64,000 nt of DNA from an uncultured Deinococcales bacterium (GTDB lineage Bacteria; Deinococcota; Deinococci; Deinococcales; JAAFIG01). Location of the stretch: contig CAXTKV010000001.1 of the NCBI GenBank assembly GCA_964244895.1, positions 810 to 64,809 on the forward strand. Reading direction: 5' to 3'. Position numbers and translations under genes: made by a program. Below are positions 9,964-19,725 of this stretch, one piece after another. How positions within the stretch are numbered: the first letter of the stretch is position 1; each line of letters starts with the position of its first letter. The notes under the pieces were generated by a model. The model did not search any database and was not told the origin of the DNA. It worked only from the letters and a program-made list of their open reading frames with translations.

Positions 9964-12900
9964 ATGGATTCGGACGCCGACAACCCGCAGAGCGCCACGG
10001 CCTTATCGGGCTCGGTCGGGGCGGTGCGCGACGCAGGGCTGGATCTCGAGCAGCTCGAGAGCGCGGTGCAGGAACAGGGTTCGGCGGGCGTGGCGCGCTG
10101 GATGGCCTTCACGCGCGGCGTCGGCGAGGCCACCAACTTGCCGAGCATCGGACGCTTGATCGCGCAGACGGGGCTGGAGGTGACGGGTTCGCGCTCGGCG
10201 CGGGTCTTCGTGGCCTCCGGCAAGGAACTCGAGACGGTCGGCGTGGCCAACGCGCAGGGGATTTCCAGTCTGCTGGGTTCGGGGCTGGCCTTCGAGACCA
10301 TTCCGCTGGATGGGCTCGCGAAAGAGGCGCTGGACAAACGCGGCCTGAGGTTCGATGGCGACCTCGAGCGGGCGTTCGTGCCGCTGTGGGCCAGGGATCG
10401 CGGCGTGGGCGTGGTCGAGTTGCTGGGTTGCACCGAGGCGGCGGCCAGCAGGTTGCTGATTTACGCGTCCCCGGCGGCGCTGGCGCTGGAAGGGGCGCGG
10501 CTGAACGCCGAGCGAGGTCGGCGCGAGCGCGAGGCGCGCGCCCTGGCGGAACTTTCACGGCGCATCGGTGGCACGCTCGATCTGACGCGAATTCTGGAGC
10601 AGACCTTAGAGTTCGTGGTCAAATCGGTGGGTCTGGAACGGGGCATGCTGGCCTTGTACGACGACGTGCGCGAATCCACGGCGGTCGCGCGGCAGACGTT
10701 CACGTTCAACTTTGAGAAAGTCGCCTTCGATGCGCTCGAACCCGATTCGGGCCAGCAGGATCAGCAGCGCGGCCCGAGCCTGACGTTGCGCCCGGAATCC
10801 TTCGAGCGATTGGTCAAACGCAACCAGCCGATCGTGCTGAACGACGTGCAGCACTCGCCGCGCCCGCAGGCCGAGAGTCCGCGAGAGATGGGCGCGGAAG
10901 CCTTCTTGATGGTTCCGTTGGCGGCGCGCGGACGACCGCTCGGGATGCTGTACGCCGACACGACGCGGGCGGGACTGGAAATCCGCGAACGCCAGGTGTC
11001 GTTGGCGCAGGCAATGGCGGAACTCTCCAGTCTGGCCATCGAAAATGCGCGCCTCTACGGTGACGAGCAGCGCAAACGCGCCAGCGCCGAAGCCCTGCGC
11101 GAGGTCGTGCTGGCGCTCAGTTCCAGCCTCAACCTGGCCGTGATCCTGGAGCGCATTCTGGAGCACGCGCGCAACCTGGTCGGCGCGAGCGCCTGCGCGA
11201 TCTTCGAGCGCGACGAGGCGGGCGAGTTGTTCGTGCGCACCGATCTGGGCTTGTCGTTGGAAGTCTCGCGCGAGTTGCGTTTTTCGGGTGGCCTGGGTTC
11301 GATCTCGAAGGCCGTCGACGAGGTGCGCCCGGTGATGGTCGAGGATCTGCTCGAGGCTGAAACCTCGTACCCGGCACAGGTTCAAAGCGGAATCGCGGAT
11401 CGGCAGTTCCCGTTCCGCGCGATGATCGCGCTGCCGCTCGAGGCGCGCGGCGAGAGCTTCGGCGGGCTGGCGCTGTACTTTGGCGAACCGCGCAGCTTCG
11501 CGCAGGACGACGTGCAACTCCTCGAACTCTTCGCCGCGCACGCCGCCGTGGCGCTCGAGAACGCGCGGGTTTTCGAGGAAGAAGTGCGCCGCGAGCGCGA
11601 GGCCGAAGTGCTCCTGCGCGTGGCGCGCTTCACCGGCGAGACGCTCGACCTGGAGGAAGTCCTGACCCGCGTGGCCGCCGAGGTCGCGCGCGCACTCGAC
11701 CTGGAACGCTGCTTCCTGGGCTTCGTCGAGCGCGTCAGCCCGCCGCAGGACGATCAGGGCGGTCGGGCGGAACTGGGCAAGCTCTACGCCTACGGTTTCG
11801 ATTCGGATCTCGAGGAATTCCGTCCGTTCGTGATCGCCGAGGACGCGTTCTCGCGGTTGTTCGAGGATCAGAATCCGATGTTCTTCAACGACGTGCGCGG
11901 CGACGAGACGCTCTCAGATCAGGGTTCGGCGCTCCTGGAAGCCCAGGCCTGCGTGATCGCGCCGCTCGTCTCGCAGGGGCACGTGCTGGGCATCCTGTAC
12001 GCCGACACCGCCCGAGAGGGCGTTTACCTGGGCGAGCGCGAGGCCAGCCTGGCGGCGGCCATCGCCGATCAGGCGGCGCTGGCGATCCAGAACGCGCGCC
12101 TCTTCCGGCGGCTCGAGACGCAGGAGGCGCACTACCGCCTGCTGGCGGAGGCCGCCAACGACGTGATCATTACGACCGATCTGGAGGGCTGCATCACGTA
12201 CGCCAATCCCGCCGTGCGCGACGTGCTGGGTTACGAACCGAGCGAACTGACGGATCGTTCATACGATGAAATTCTGGACGAGGACACCGCCCGCGAGGCC
12301 GAACGCGCCTGGCGTCAGATGGTGCAGGGCGCGTCGGGCGCGGCCAGTTACGCGGGTCGCGCGCGGCGCAAGGACGGCAGCCTGGCGTACTTCGAGGTCA
12401 ACCTGAACGCCCTGACCGCGCAAGCCACCGATGACGCCCAGAGGCCGCGCGTCATCGGCAGTCTGGCCATCGCGCGCGACCTGTCATCGCAGCGCGCCCT
12501 GGCCGAAGAGATCGCGCAGCGCGGGCGCGAGCAGGCGCGCACGCTCGAGCTGAGATCGTTTTTGTCGCTCTTCACGCAGGCCCAAGAAGAGGAACGCCGC
12601 CGCATCGCGCGCGAGTTGCACGACGACACCGCGCAGACGCTGGTGGCCATCGCGCGGCGTCTGGATCGGCTTGAATCCACGCTGGATCGCGCCGCACCAG
12701 AGGACGCGAAGGCGAGAGTGGCCGACATTCGTTCCGACCTGGACACCGCGATCGACAGCGTGCGGCGTTTCTCCAGGAACCTGCGGCCCAGCGTACTGGA
12801 CGACCTGGGATTGGTTCCGGCGCTGGAGTGGTTGTGCGCTCAGGGTCGCACGCCGACGCGCCTGGAACTGGTCGGGCCGGATCGTCGGCTCTCGAGCGAA

Positions 12901-13251
12901 CTCGAGTTGACGCTCTTTCGGGTGGTGCAAGAAGCCCTGACCAACGTGGACAAGCACGCGGGCGCGACGACCGCCGCCGTGCGCTTAATCTTCGATCCGG
13001 ACGGCAGAATAGACACCGGCCACGCGGGCGAAGCCGCCGTGATCGTGACCATCACCGACGACGGTCACGGCTTCGAGACGGCCATGCTGGAACCCAACCA
13101 GGTCGCATCGCCGGATTTTGGCACGCTGGCCGCCAGCGGTCACCTGGGCCTGGCCGGGATGCGCGAACGCGTGGCGCTCTCCGGCGGCGAGATGAAACTC
13201 GAGTCCGCGCCGGGCAAGGGCTCGAGGTTGACGTACTGGTTCCCGATGTGA
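9964..13251 (+). CDS. Multi-GAF / PAS sensor histidine kinase (NarL-type HisKA_3 + HATPase)
   Basis: 1095 aa with several GAF-like modules (recurring ..LGMLYADT.. / ..LGILYADT.. and ..LAIENARLY.. / ..LAIQNARLF..). It has a PAS segment (ITTDLEGCITYANPAV), an H-box EEERRRIARELHDDTAQ, and an ATPase lid ..HLGLAGMRERV.. Confidence 0.9.
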   Translation: MDSDADNPQSATALSGSVGAVRDAGLDLEQLESAVQEQGSAGVARWMAFTRGVGEATNLPSIGRLIAQTGLEVTGSRSARVFVASGKELETVGVANAQGISSLLGSGLAFETIPLDGLAKEALDKRGLRFDGDLERAFVPLWARDRGVGVVELLGCTEAAASRLLIYASPAALALEGARLNAERGRREREARALAELSRRIGGTLDLTRILEQTLEFVVKSVGLERGMLALYDDVRESTAVARQTFTFNFEKVAFDALEPDSGQQDQQRGPSLTLRPESFERLVKRNQPIVLNDVQHSPRPQAESPREMGAEAFLMVPLAARGRPLGMLYADTTRAGLEIRERQVSLAQAMAELSSLAIENARLYGDEQRKRASAEALREVVLALSSSLNLAVILERILEHARNLVGASACAIFERDEAGELFVRTDLGLSLEVSRELRFSGGLGSISKAVDEVRPVMVEDLLEAETSYPAQVQSGIADRQFPFRAMIALPLEARGESFGGLALYFGEPRSFAQDDVQLLELFAAHAAVALENARVFEEEVRREREAEVLLRVARFTGETLDLEEVLTRVAAEVARALDLERCFLGFVERVSPPQDDQGGRAELGKLYAYGFDSDLEEFRPFVIAEDAFSRLFEDQNPMFFNDVRGDETLSDQGSALLEAQACVIAPLVSQGHVLGILYADTAREGVYLGEREASLAAAIADQAALAIQNARLFRRLETQEAHYRLLAEAANDVIITTDLEGCITYANPAVRDVLGYEPSELTDRSYDEILDEDTAREAERAWRQMVQGASGAASYAGRARRKDGSLAYFEVNLNALTAQATDDAQRPRVIGSLAIARDLSSQRALAEEIAQRGREQARTLELRSFLSLFTQAQEEERRRIARELHDDTAQTLVAIARRLDRLESTLDRAAPEDAKARVADIRSDLDTAIDSVRRFSRNLRPSVLDDLGLVPALEWLCAQGRTPTRLELVGPDRRLSSELELTLFRVVQEALTNVDKHAGATTAAVRLIFDPDGRIDTGHAGEAAVIVTITDDGHGFETAMLEPNQVASPDFGTLAASGHLGLAGMRERVALSGGEMKLESAPGKGSRLTYWFPM

Positions 13252-13266
13252 ACCGAAACTGTTCAA

Positions 13267-13313
13267 AACACCGTCCAGCGCGCACATTCTGGAATGCCGT
13301 GCCGGACGGTGTT
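13267..13313. repeat. IR family copy
   Basis: AACACCGTCCAGCGCGCacattctggaatGCCGTGCCGGACGGTGTT, 16 nt after the kinase stop. Confidence 0.8.
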
Positions 13314-13430
13314 ATTTCTGTACGGGATGTTTGCTGACGCGAAATTCACCGACCATGCCCGAGGTTCTGCTCTGATGAAATTCCTGCGTTCGGCTCAATG
13401 AAAGCGAACGGGCGCTTAGATTGGCCGCGC

Positions 13431-13470
13431 AAGAAGTCTCGCGGCATCACAAGAAGTCTCGCGGCATCAC
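13431..13470. repeat. Perfect 20-bp tandem duplication
   Basis: aagaagtctcgcggcatcac occurs twice, head to tail, in a non-coding stretch. Confidence 0.95.
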
Positions 13471-13745
13471 TCGAGATCGCATTGCTGAAACCCGATACCT
13501 TCGGTTGATGCGCTGATTGCAGCCGCCATTCAGGGCTCAGTTCTGGAACACTTCGGGCTTCTGAAATCAAATCCGTTTTGACTCGAAAAGGTACGTTGAT
13601 CAAATCAAAACCGCGCTGGCGCGCAGGAGCCGAATGAAATCGTCTTTCGCTTGCGCGGCTTTGGCGCTTCAGTTGCGGACGATTTCACATGAACTCCTCG
13701 GCGCGAGTTTGGCGAACTCAATGAGGTGCTCTCGAGTGCGCCGAC

Positions 13746-15359
13746 CTACGGGCAGGCGCCGTTCATCAGCGCGACATAAGACACGGCGCTGACGGGATCG
13801 GTCTTGAGGTTGTTCCTGAGACAGGCGCGCAGATCGCTCGGCATGGCTCCCCGCTTCTCGATCAGCAACGCGGCCAGACCGACAGCCACCGGGGCCGAAT
13901 AGGACGAGCCCGTCAGTCCGAGGTTCTGAATTGACGGCGGCGACAGGTTCAGGCAGCGCTGCCCCGACACGCTTGGGGGACAGAGGTTGACGCCCGCCGA
14001 AAACACGTCCGCGTTGGCGCGCGTATTGAAACCAGCGATGCGGTAGCCACCGTTGAGTTGCCCGATCGCAGCGACTGAGATCACGTTCGACAAGCTGGGT
14101 TCGCCCGGCGCGGCCACACCGCTCGAGTAACTGGCGGGATATTGCGCGCTCGCCCTACGGGTATTCCCGCCGGAGGCGATGACCTGGGTGCTGTTGCGCA
14201 CCCGCAGCAGGTCCAGCATCGAATACATCAGCTGGCTCGGCAGCGGGCCACCGAGGCTCATGTCAATCAGCGTCGGCTGTTTCAGGTTCTGCTGCGCGAG
14301 GCTCATCAGGGCCTTGATGACATCGGAGGCTTTGCAGATGCCGCTCGAGCTGCACGTGGCGAAACCCTGGATATTGACGCTCGGCGCGAGTGTCTGAACG
14401 ATGCTCGCCACGTGCGTGTCGTGCTTGGCGAAGTCGTAAGCCGGACGGCAATCGAAAGGATCGAGCGCGCCGAACCCCCCGCCGATCACGGCGACGTTCA
14501 CACCGTTTCCGGTCAGGTTGGTTCCAGCCAGGTTCAGGTCCGTTCTGAGCTGATTCGTCGAGATCAGTCCATAACCCGAGTTGCTGATCGGATCGAGCTT
14601 GTTCTGAATTTCGCCGCAGGTCGGGTCGTAGGCGTAAGCACCTCCGACCTGCAAGAGGTTCATGACCGTGTTCTTGTCGGTGACGAAGCCGTGCCCGCCC
14701 AGAACCGGCAGGTAATTGCCTTCCTGATCGAGCACCGTCCCGAGCCGCCCCAGGGCCTGATCGGTGCCCTGCCGACCGACGTTAACGCTGGCGTAACAGA
14801 GCGCGAAACCGCCCGCCACGTTGACCGAGAAGCTGTCGTCCGGGACGATGTTGAAACCCGATACGGCCATTCCAGACAACCTGTTGTTGATGCTGGCCAG
14901 AAAAGGCCCGCAGCCTGGCTGTACCGGACGGCTGGCCAGGAAACCGATCTGGGCGCTGACCACGGAACCGTAAGGGTCGTACCTCGAGAGCGGCTTGCCG
15001 CTCGCATCGAGCACCTCGAGGCTTCCACGGTGCGCGTAGGGGCTCGAATCGAGCTTCAGGCGGTAGGTCTGCGGGCTCACCCAGACCTCTGCGGGGGTCG
15101 TATCGGTATCGGTCGGTGGCGCGGGCAGATCGAAAATTGGCTGACCAGGATTCAGCGCGAAGCTCTGGCTGATGCCGGAGCGCGTCACCCGAACTGTTCT
15201 CGCGCCAGCATCGGCGATCAGGACGCGTTCACCCCAGGCCCACGCGCCAGACGGAGCCGAGGTTGCCAACGAAAACCCACCCAGGTGCGCTCGCGCGATG
15301 CCATCACCGCACCCCACCAGCAGACCGAGCCCGACCAGACACAGCAACAGTTGCCTCAT
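13746..15359 (-). CDS. Subtilisin-like (S8) lipoprotein with a non-canonical Asp motif
   Basis: Lipobox MRQLLLCLVGLGLLVGC. The C-terminal half carries S8 landmarks HDTHVAS (His), IDMSLGG, VIASGGN (oxyanion Asn) and GSSYSAPVAVG (Ser). Where D-T/S-G is expected the sequence reads VAVIGGGFG. Confidence 0.8.
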   Translation of the reverse strand: MRQLLLCLVGLGLLVGCGDGIARAHLGGFSLATSAPSGAWAWGERVLIADAGARTVRVTRSGISQSFALNPGQPIFDLPAPPTDTDTTPAEVWVSPQTYRLKLDSSPYAHRGSLEVLDASGKPLSRYDPYGSVVSAQIGFLASRPVQPGCGPFLASINNRLSGMAVSGFNIVPDDSFSVNVAGGFALCYASVNVGRQGTDQALGRLGTVLDQEGNYLPVLGGHGFVTDKNTVMNLLQVGGAYAYDPTCGEIQNKLDPISNSGYGLISTNQLRTDLNLAGTNLTGNGVNVAVIGGGFGALDPFDCRPAYDFAKHDTHVASIVQTLAPSVNIQGFATCSSSGICKASDVIKALMSLAQQNLKQPTLIDMSLGGPLPSQLMYSMLDLLRVRNSTQVIASGGNTRRASAQYPASYSSGVAAPGEPSLSNVISVAAIGQLNGGYRIAGFNTRANADVFSAGVNLCPPSVSGQRCLNLSPPSIQNLGLTGSSYSAPVAVGLAALLIEKRGAMPSDLRACLRNNLKTDPVSAVSYVALMNGACP

Positions 15360-15453
15360 GGTTCCACCCCCAGATTTGCCTCTGGGTTCACGGTATTCGG
15401 GGGGTCTTAACAGCCTCTAAACGCGTTCCCAGGCGCCCAGGAAACCCGGAGCA

Positions 15454-17628
15454 TCAGGTCGCTTTGGTCATCGCCTCGAAGTCCAGATCGCGGAACAGAT
15501 TCTGCGAATCGAACTCGAGGGAAGCGGGGGACGCCCCTTCGAGCGAGGCGATCACCCAGTCAATCTCGGTGGCGAGTTGATCGTTGCCGAAGCGCTGGTG
15601 CAGGGATCTGAGGCGCTCGAGAATTCGATGAATCCACCGGGAATCGTTTTTTTGTCGAGCCTGCTCGAAGTGCATCCGCAGGATGTTGCGGTAATCAACC
15701 AGGGCGGTTCTCGCATCGTCGAGCGAACCGGATTGCTCGAAGAGTTCGAGGGACACCTCGAGTTGATCAATGTCGTTGTTCAGCACCGCCAGGTTGTTCA
15801 TGGCGATCGCCTGAACCAGGGGCTGTCCGGTCAGCGCGGCTTTCTGAATCGCTTCTTGAAACGATTGCTCAGCTTTGAAGATTTGCCCCGTCTTGCGGTA
15901 AACGACGCCGAGGTTCAGGTTCAGCATGGCCAGCAAATCGAGGATTTGCACGTCCCGCAAAGCCGATTCGGCCCGTTCGTAGAGACCCAGGGCTTCGGCC
16001 CAGTTGTGGCGCGTCTCGTGGATTCTGCCGAGGTTGAAAAGAATCCGTCCCTCGAGCGGACGGTTTTTGATCTCGAGTTGCATCAACCCGTGAAGAGCAG
16101 CGTGGTAGGCCGTTTCAGCACCCGTCAGGAACGATTCAATGACTGCGTCGGGTTCCTTGAGCTTCTCGGCGTTTCCGGCCATCTTGTTCAACTCGGTCGC
16201 CTGGTTGTTCAGCGCGCCAATCCAGCGGTGCCGATCACCTGCGATCTCGTAGAATCCGGCAGATTTCTTGAAGTAGGACGCGGCGGCGGCGAAATCTCCG
16301 CTCAGGCTCGAGACGTAACCGAGCGTGTTGTAGGCCGTGGCCTTGGCCCACGTCCAGTCCACGTCGCTTTTCAGCGCCGCCTCGGCCAGCTTGACGGCCT
16401 CCGCGCCCTTTCCGGTGCGCGAGAGCAGAACCGATCGAAGCGCCGAGATGTTCGGGTCGTGGCGCTCCTGACCCAGGCGCTGCACCACTTCCAGGGCTTC
16501 CCTGAATCGTCCCAGACGCTCGAGCGCGTAGGCGTGCAGGAAGCTGCTCTCCGGTTCCGGCTCGGCGTTCATGCTGCGCTCGACGTTTTGCACCTGTTCC
16601 ATCAGGCCGTGAACTTTCGCAAACTCGAGCCTGTCCATCGAGGTTCGCGCGTGAGCGCAGAACGCCTTTCTGGCTCGCGGCAGATCGCCCAGACCGCCAA
16701 AACCCTGAGTATCCCGGTAGATGCCTTGATAGAGATCGAAGGCATCTTCTGGCGGCGTGGCCCGCGCGAGGGCCAGCAGCAGGGGTGAGCGTTCACCTGG
16801 GTGGGTCTCGAACCACCCGGAGGCGTACTCGGGCGTCAGGACGCGAGCCTCGGCGTCCACCAAGCCCGCCATGAAAAGGTTCTCTCTGGCTTCGGAAATC
16901 TGGGCGAGCGTCAACTCGAAGGCGTTGCGAACCGACGAGAGGTTCGTCTTCGTCTGCTGGCTGAGCGCCAGGAAGACCGTTCGGGTCACGATCGGCAGAT
17001 CATCGAGGCTGGCCTTGAAGGTTCGCTCGAGCCCCTTCGAGAGGCGGCTGTGGGTTCCAAAAAGCAGCCGTTGCAATCGCGCCAGCCCCACCGGCTCGAG
17101 TTCGGGTGCGCCGGGCAGACTGTACGCGCCTTCGGCCAGGGATCGAGCCGATTCGGTGTCGCCGTCTTCGGAGGCTCGCTCTGCCAGCGCCAGCATGGCG
17201 GTCTGCGCCTGCTGCGCGAACCACTCGCGTTTGACCAGAACCCAGTCGAGCAATTCATCGCTGACCTCGAGATCACTCAGGGATTTACCGAGATCATCGA
17301 GGAAAGGTCCGCCGTAAAGCCCGAGCGCCCCCTTCAAATCGCCGACAGAGATCGCCTGATTGAACTCCACGGCGTCGCATTGCACCAGGCTTTGAAGCGG
17401 ATCCAGGCCCGGCTGGTCGGGAACGACGCCGCTCGCGCCCTCCTTCTTGAACTGCGTCAGCACCACGGAGAGGTTGCCCTTGGCTTTCGAGTCGTTCCAG
17501 AAGAGTTCCGCCAGCGTCCGCCTGGACTGCGGGCCTTCCAGGGTCAGGTAAGCCAGCATCAGCAAGGGCTTGGGTCTGGAAAAGCCACCCTCTGCCAGGT
17601 GCACGCTGCCCAACGTAACGAGTCGCAC
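15454..17628 (-). CDS. SARP-like regulator: N-terminal winged-helix + BTAD module fused to TPR repeats
   Basis: 724 aa, GTG start. The N-terminus MRLVTLGSVHLAEGGFSRPKPLLMLAYLTLEGPQSRRTLAELFW.. resembles OmpR/SARP wHTH-BTAD. The remainder is TPR-like (repeated A..Y..LG....G....A...F..A helical pairs). Confidence 0.75.
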   Translation of the reverse strand: MRLVTLGSVHLAEGGFSRPKPLLMLAYLTLEGPQSRRTLAELFWNDSKAKGNLSVVLTQFKKEGASGVVPDQPGLDPLQSLVQCDAVEFNQAISVGDLKGALGLYGGPFLDDLGKSLSDLEVSDELLDWVLVKREWFAQQAQTAMLALAERASEDGDTESARSLAEGAYSLPGAPELEPVGLARLQRLLFGTHSRLSKGLERTFKASLDDLPIVTRTVFLALSQQTKTNLSSVRNAFELTLAQISEARENLFMAGLVDAEARVLTPEYASGWFETHPGERSPLLLALARATPPEDAFDLYQGIYRDTQGFGGLGDLPRARKAFCAHARTSMDRLEFAKVHGLMEQVQNVERSMNAEPEPESSFLHAYALERLGRFREALEVVQRLGQERHDPNISALRSVLLSRTGKGAEAVKLAEAALKSDVDWTWAKATAYNTLGYVSSLSGDFAAAASYFKKSAGFYEIAGDRHRWIGALNNQATELNKMAGNAEKLKEPDAVIESFLTGAETAYHAALHGLMQLEIKNRPLEGRILFNLGRIHETRHNWAEALGLYERAESALRDVQILDLLAMLNLNLGVVYRKTGQIFKAEQSFQEAIQKAALTGQPLVQAIAMNNLAVLNNDIDQLEVSLELFEQSGSLDDARTALVDYRNILRMHFEQARQKNDSRWIHRILERLRSLHQRFGNDQLATEIDWVIASLEGASPASLEFDSQNLFRDLDFEAMTKAT

Positions 17629-17822
17629 ATCAATATTTTACTCCAGACCAAAAAAAGAGTCGTTAAACGCGCGTTAAGGGTTCGTCTAGAGGGGTCTTGC
17701 ACGATCGGGCCATTCGAGCGAACGAACCGCAGAAAGGAGGACGCCGCACAACCCTGCCAGAAGAACCGAGCCTCAAGGCCCGTTCTCGATATCGGTACGA
17801 ACGGAAATTTCCGGAGGAGCGC

Positions 17823-18410
17823 ATGGAACGAATCACCGTCAATACCCTACGAAAGCCTGGAAGCGATCGGGTCGAACCCGATGACCGTGCGGCCTCGAAG
17901 GCCAGGCGGCACCTGCTGAAGTTCGCGCACCTGAACGAACTCGAGCGCAACCGCCTATCGCAACAGATAGCCATCGCCGAGGGCTGGAAGCCCTGGCCAC
18001 CGGGCGGCTTCCGCTTTGGGGATGGCTCGGTTCTGTGGCCATCGGCTCGCGGTTGGCGAGCCTTCGGCGCGACGGAAGCCCGCGAGCGCCTGGAGCTCGA
18101 GCGCAAACAATCCCTTCAGGTGCGACTGCTACACGCATTCTTGAACGGCGACCGACGCGAAAAGCGATCCGTCTCCGAAGCTCATTTCGAGTATCTGGAA
18201 AACCCCGAACGCTGGCGGCTGGTGGTCGAATACGAGGCCTACATGGCTTCGCCGCTGTACGGCTTCGAGGCCGAGAGCTTCCTAGGACTGCTGGAGCTGA
18301 ACCTCTGGAACCTGCGAGTCAATACAGCCCGATCCGATCAGCGCTGGCGGCTCGAGCAGATCAGTCTCCACCCCGACTGGCGGGAGTTATCGAAAGTCTC
18401 CAGCCCTTAG
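17823..18410 (+). CDS. Hypothetical protein (195 aa)
   Basis: ORF 17697..18410. ATG 17823 follows GGAGGAG. It is divergent from the SARP-like gene. No family recognised. Confidence 0.5.
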   Translation: MERITVNTLRKPGSDRVEPDDRAASKARRHLLKFAHLNELERNRLSQQIAIAEGWKPWPPGGFRFGDGSVLWPSARGWRAFGATEARERLELERKQSLQVRLLHAFLNGDRREKRSVSEAHFEYLENPERWRLVVEYEAYMASPLYGFEAESFLGLLELNLWNLRVNTARSDQRWRLEQISLHPDWRELSKVSSP

Positions 18411-18532
18411 GACAGGCCACCCGCCGATCAATCCCACGGCGCGAGACGGCTTTCACTGCCGTCCGTGTCGAGCCCGCTGAAAGCGGGTGTTCGGGCGAAT
18501 CATCCGTGCACGAACACCTCGAGGAGATCACC

Positions 18533-19606
18533 ATGAAACTGCACCCGTTGGTATTGATTGCTGGCATCGCCTTCGCCCTGAGCGCCTGCCCAGCTCAGAC
18601 GCCGCTCGACCCCGCCCCACCGCCCGCGCCCACCCCTCCTTCTCCACCCGCACCTCCACCGCCCGCACCGCCTTCGCCACCGCCACCCGCTCCGCCTGCT
18701 CCTCCCTCACCGCCCACTGCTGACACGACCCCGCCCACCATCGTTTCCGTCACGCCCAACAACGGTTCAATCGGCGTGGCGAAGGACGCCAACATCGTGA
18801 TCGTCTTCAGCGAGGCGATGAACGAGCAGGCGACGGAACTGGCGTACCAGTCCACCGACATCCCGTCCGTGACCTTTGCGTGGTCGAAGAAGGACACGCA
18901 GCTCGAGATCGATCCCGTGACCGACCTCGAGTACACGAACACCGGCAAGCTTTACAGCTTCAAGCTCAAGAACACGGCCACCGACCTGGCGGGCAACGCG
19001 CTTAACGCCTTCACATCGAGCTTCACGACCTTCCGCGAGCTGACGAGGACGCTTGCAAGCGTCAGCTCGCTCGACGGGGATGTGCGCGGCGACGGTTTGG
19101 TGGACACGTCAGGCGTGGACCTCGAGGTTGGCGACAGCGGAACAGCGGACAACGCGCAGTACAAGGGCTTCCTCAGCTTCGACCTCTCGAGCCTAGAGAC
19201 GAACGGATTGACGACCTCGGACCGCATCACCTCGGCGGAATTGCGTGTCTTCCAAGAAACTGGCTCTGGATCGCCGTACACCGACCTTCGGCTGGGTGGG
19301 AAGCACATGCTGGCAGCCCATGTCAACTACGGTCCCGCGCTCAATGCGGGAGATTTCAACACCCCGATCCTGGATGACCTCGGCGAATTCTCGGCTGACG
19401 ATGCGGTCGAGTTCAAATCCAGCCCGAACGCGCTCGAGTCCGCGCGCGACGATTGGACGAATCGCGTGGGCCGGGGGAGCCGCTCCCAGTTCATGTTCTT
19501 TTTTGCGCGAGCGACCGATGGCGACGGCGTTCTAGATGTGGCTCACCTTCTCTCGAGCGAAAATGCCCCTCCACCCGAACTCAAGGTGAAGTTCCTGGTT
19601 CCGTAA
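18533..19606 (+). CDS. Surface lipoprotein: Pro-rich linker, Ig-like (SbsA/Big_5-like) domain, DNRLRE-like C-terminal domain
   Basis: ORF 18035..19606. The real start is ATG 18533 after GAGGAG. Lipobox LIAGIAFALSAC is followed by a P/A-rich linker and TPPTIVSVTPNNGSIGV..IVIVFSEAM (Ig-like). The C-terminal ..YKGFLSFDLSSL..ITSAELRVF.. is DNRLRE-like. Confidence 0.8.
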   Translation: MKLHPLVLIAGIAFALSACPAQTPLDPAPPPAPTPPSPPAPPPPAPPSPPPPAPPAPPSPPTADTTPPTIVSVTPNNGSIGVAKDANIVIVFSEAMNEQATELAYQSTDIPSVTFAWSKKDTQLEIDPVTDLEYTNTGKLYSFKLKNTATDLAGNALNAFTSSFTTFRELTRTLASVSSLDGDVRGDGLVDTSGVDLEVGDSGTADNAQYKGFLSFDLSSLETNGLTTSDRITSAELRVFQETGSGSPYTDLRLGGKHMLAAHVNYGPALNAGDFNTPILDDLGEFSADDAVEFKSSPNALESARDDWTNRVGRGSRSQFMFFFARATDGDGVLDVAHLLSSENAPPPELKVKFLVP

Positions 19607-19625
19607 AGCTTCGCCGAACGTGATT

Positions 19626-19688
19626 CTCGAGAAGACCGTGTGGGATGGTCTTCTCGAGAATCCGAAAAACACTGTCCTGGACGGTGTT
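19626..19688. repeat. IR family, composite copy
   Basis: ctcgagAAGACCGTgtgggATGGTCTTctcgag..AACACTGTCCTGGACGGTGTT. Confidence 0.75.
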
Positions 19689-19725
19689 CCCGAGCAAGGT
19701 TTGATGGCGAGAAAGGACGATCACG

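Noticed and set aside
13346-13603. 85-aa minus-strand ORF in the kinase/S8 spacer
   Set aside because: It has no RBS, its frame includes the 20-bp duplication, and its composition is unconvincing. It is left as non-coding.
14142-17919. + strand ORFs 14142..15410, 15577..16788 and 16801..17919
   Set aside because: They are high-GC antisense shadows of the S8-like and SARP-TPR genes.
18035-18532. N-terminal 166 codons of track ORF 18035..19606
   Set aside because: This part is Arg/Pro/Ala-rich and overlaps CDS 17823..18410 in another frame. A lipoprotein signal peptide with an RBS starts at 18533.
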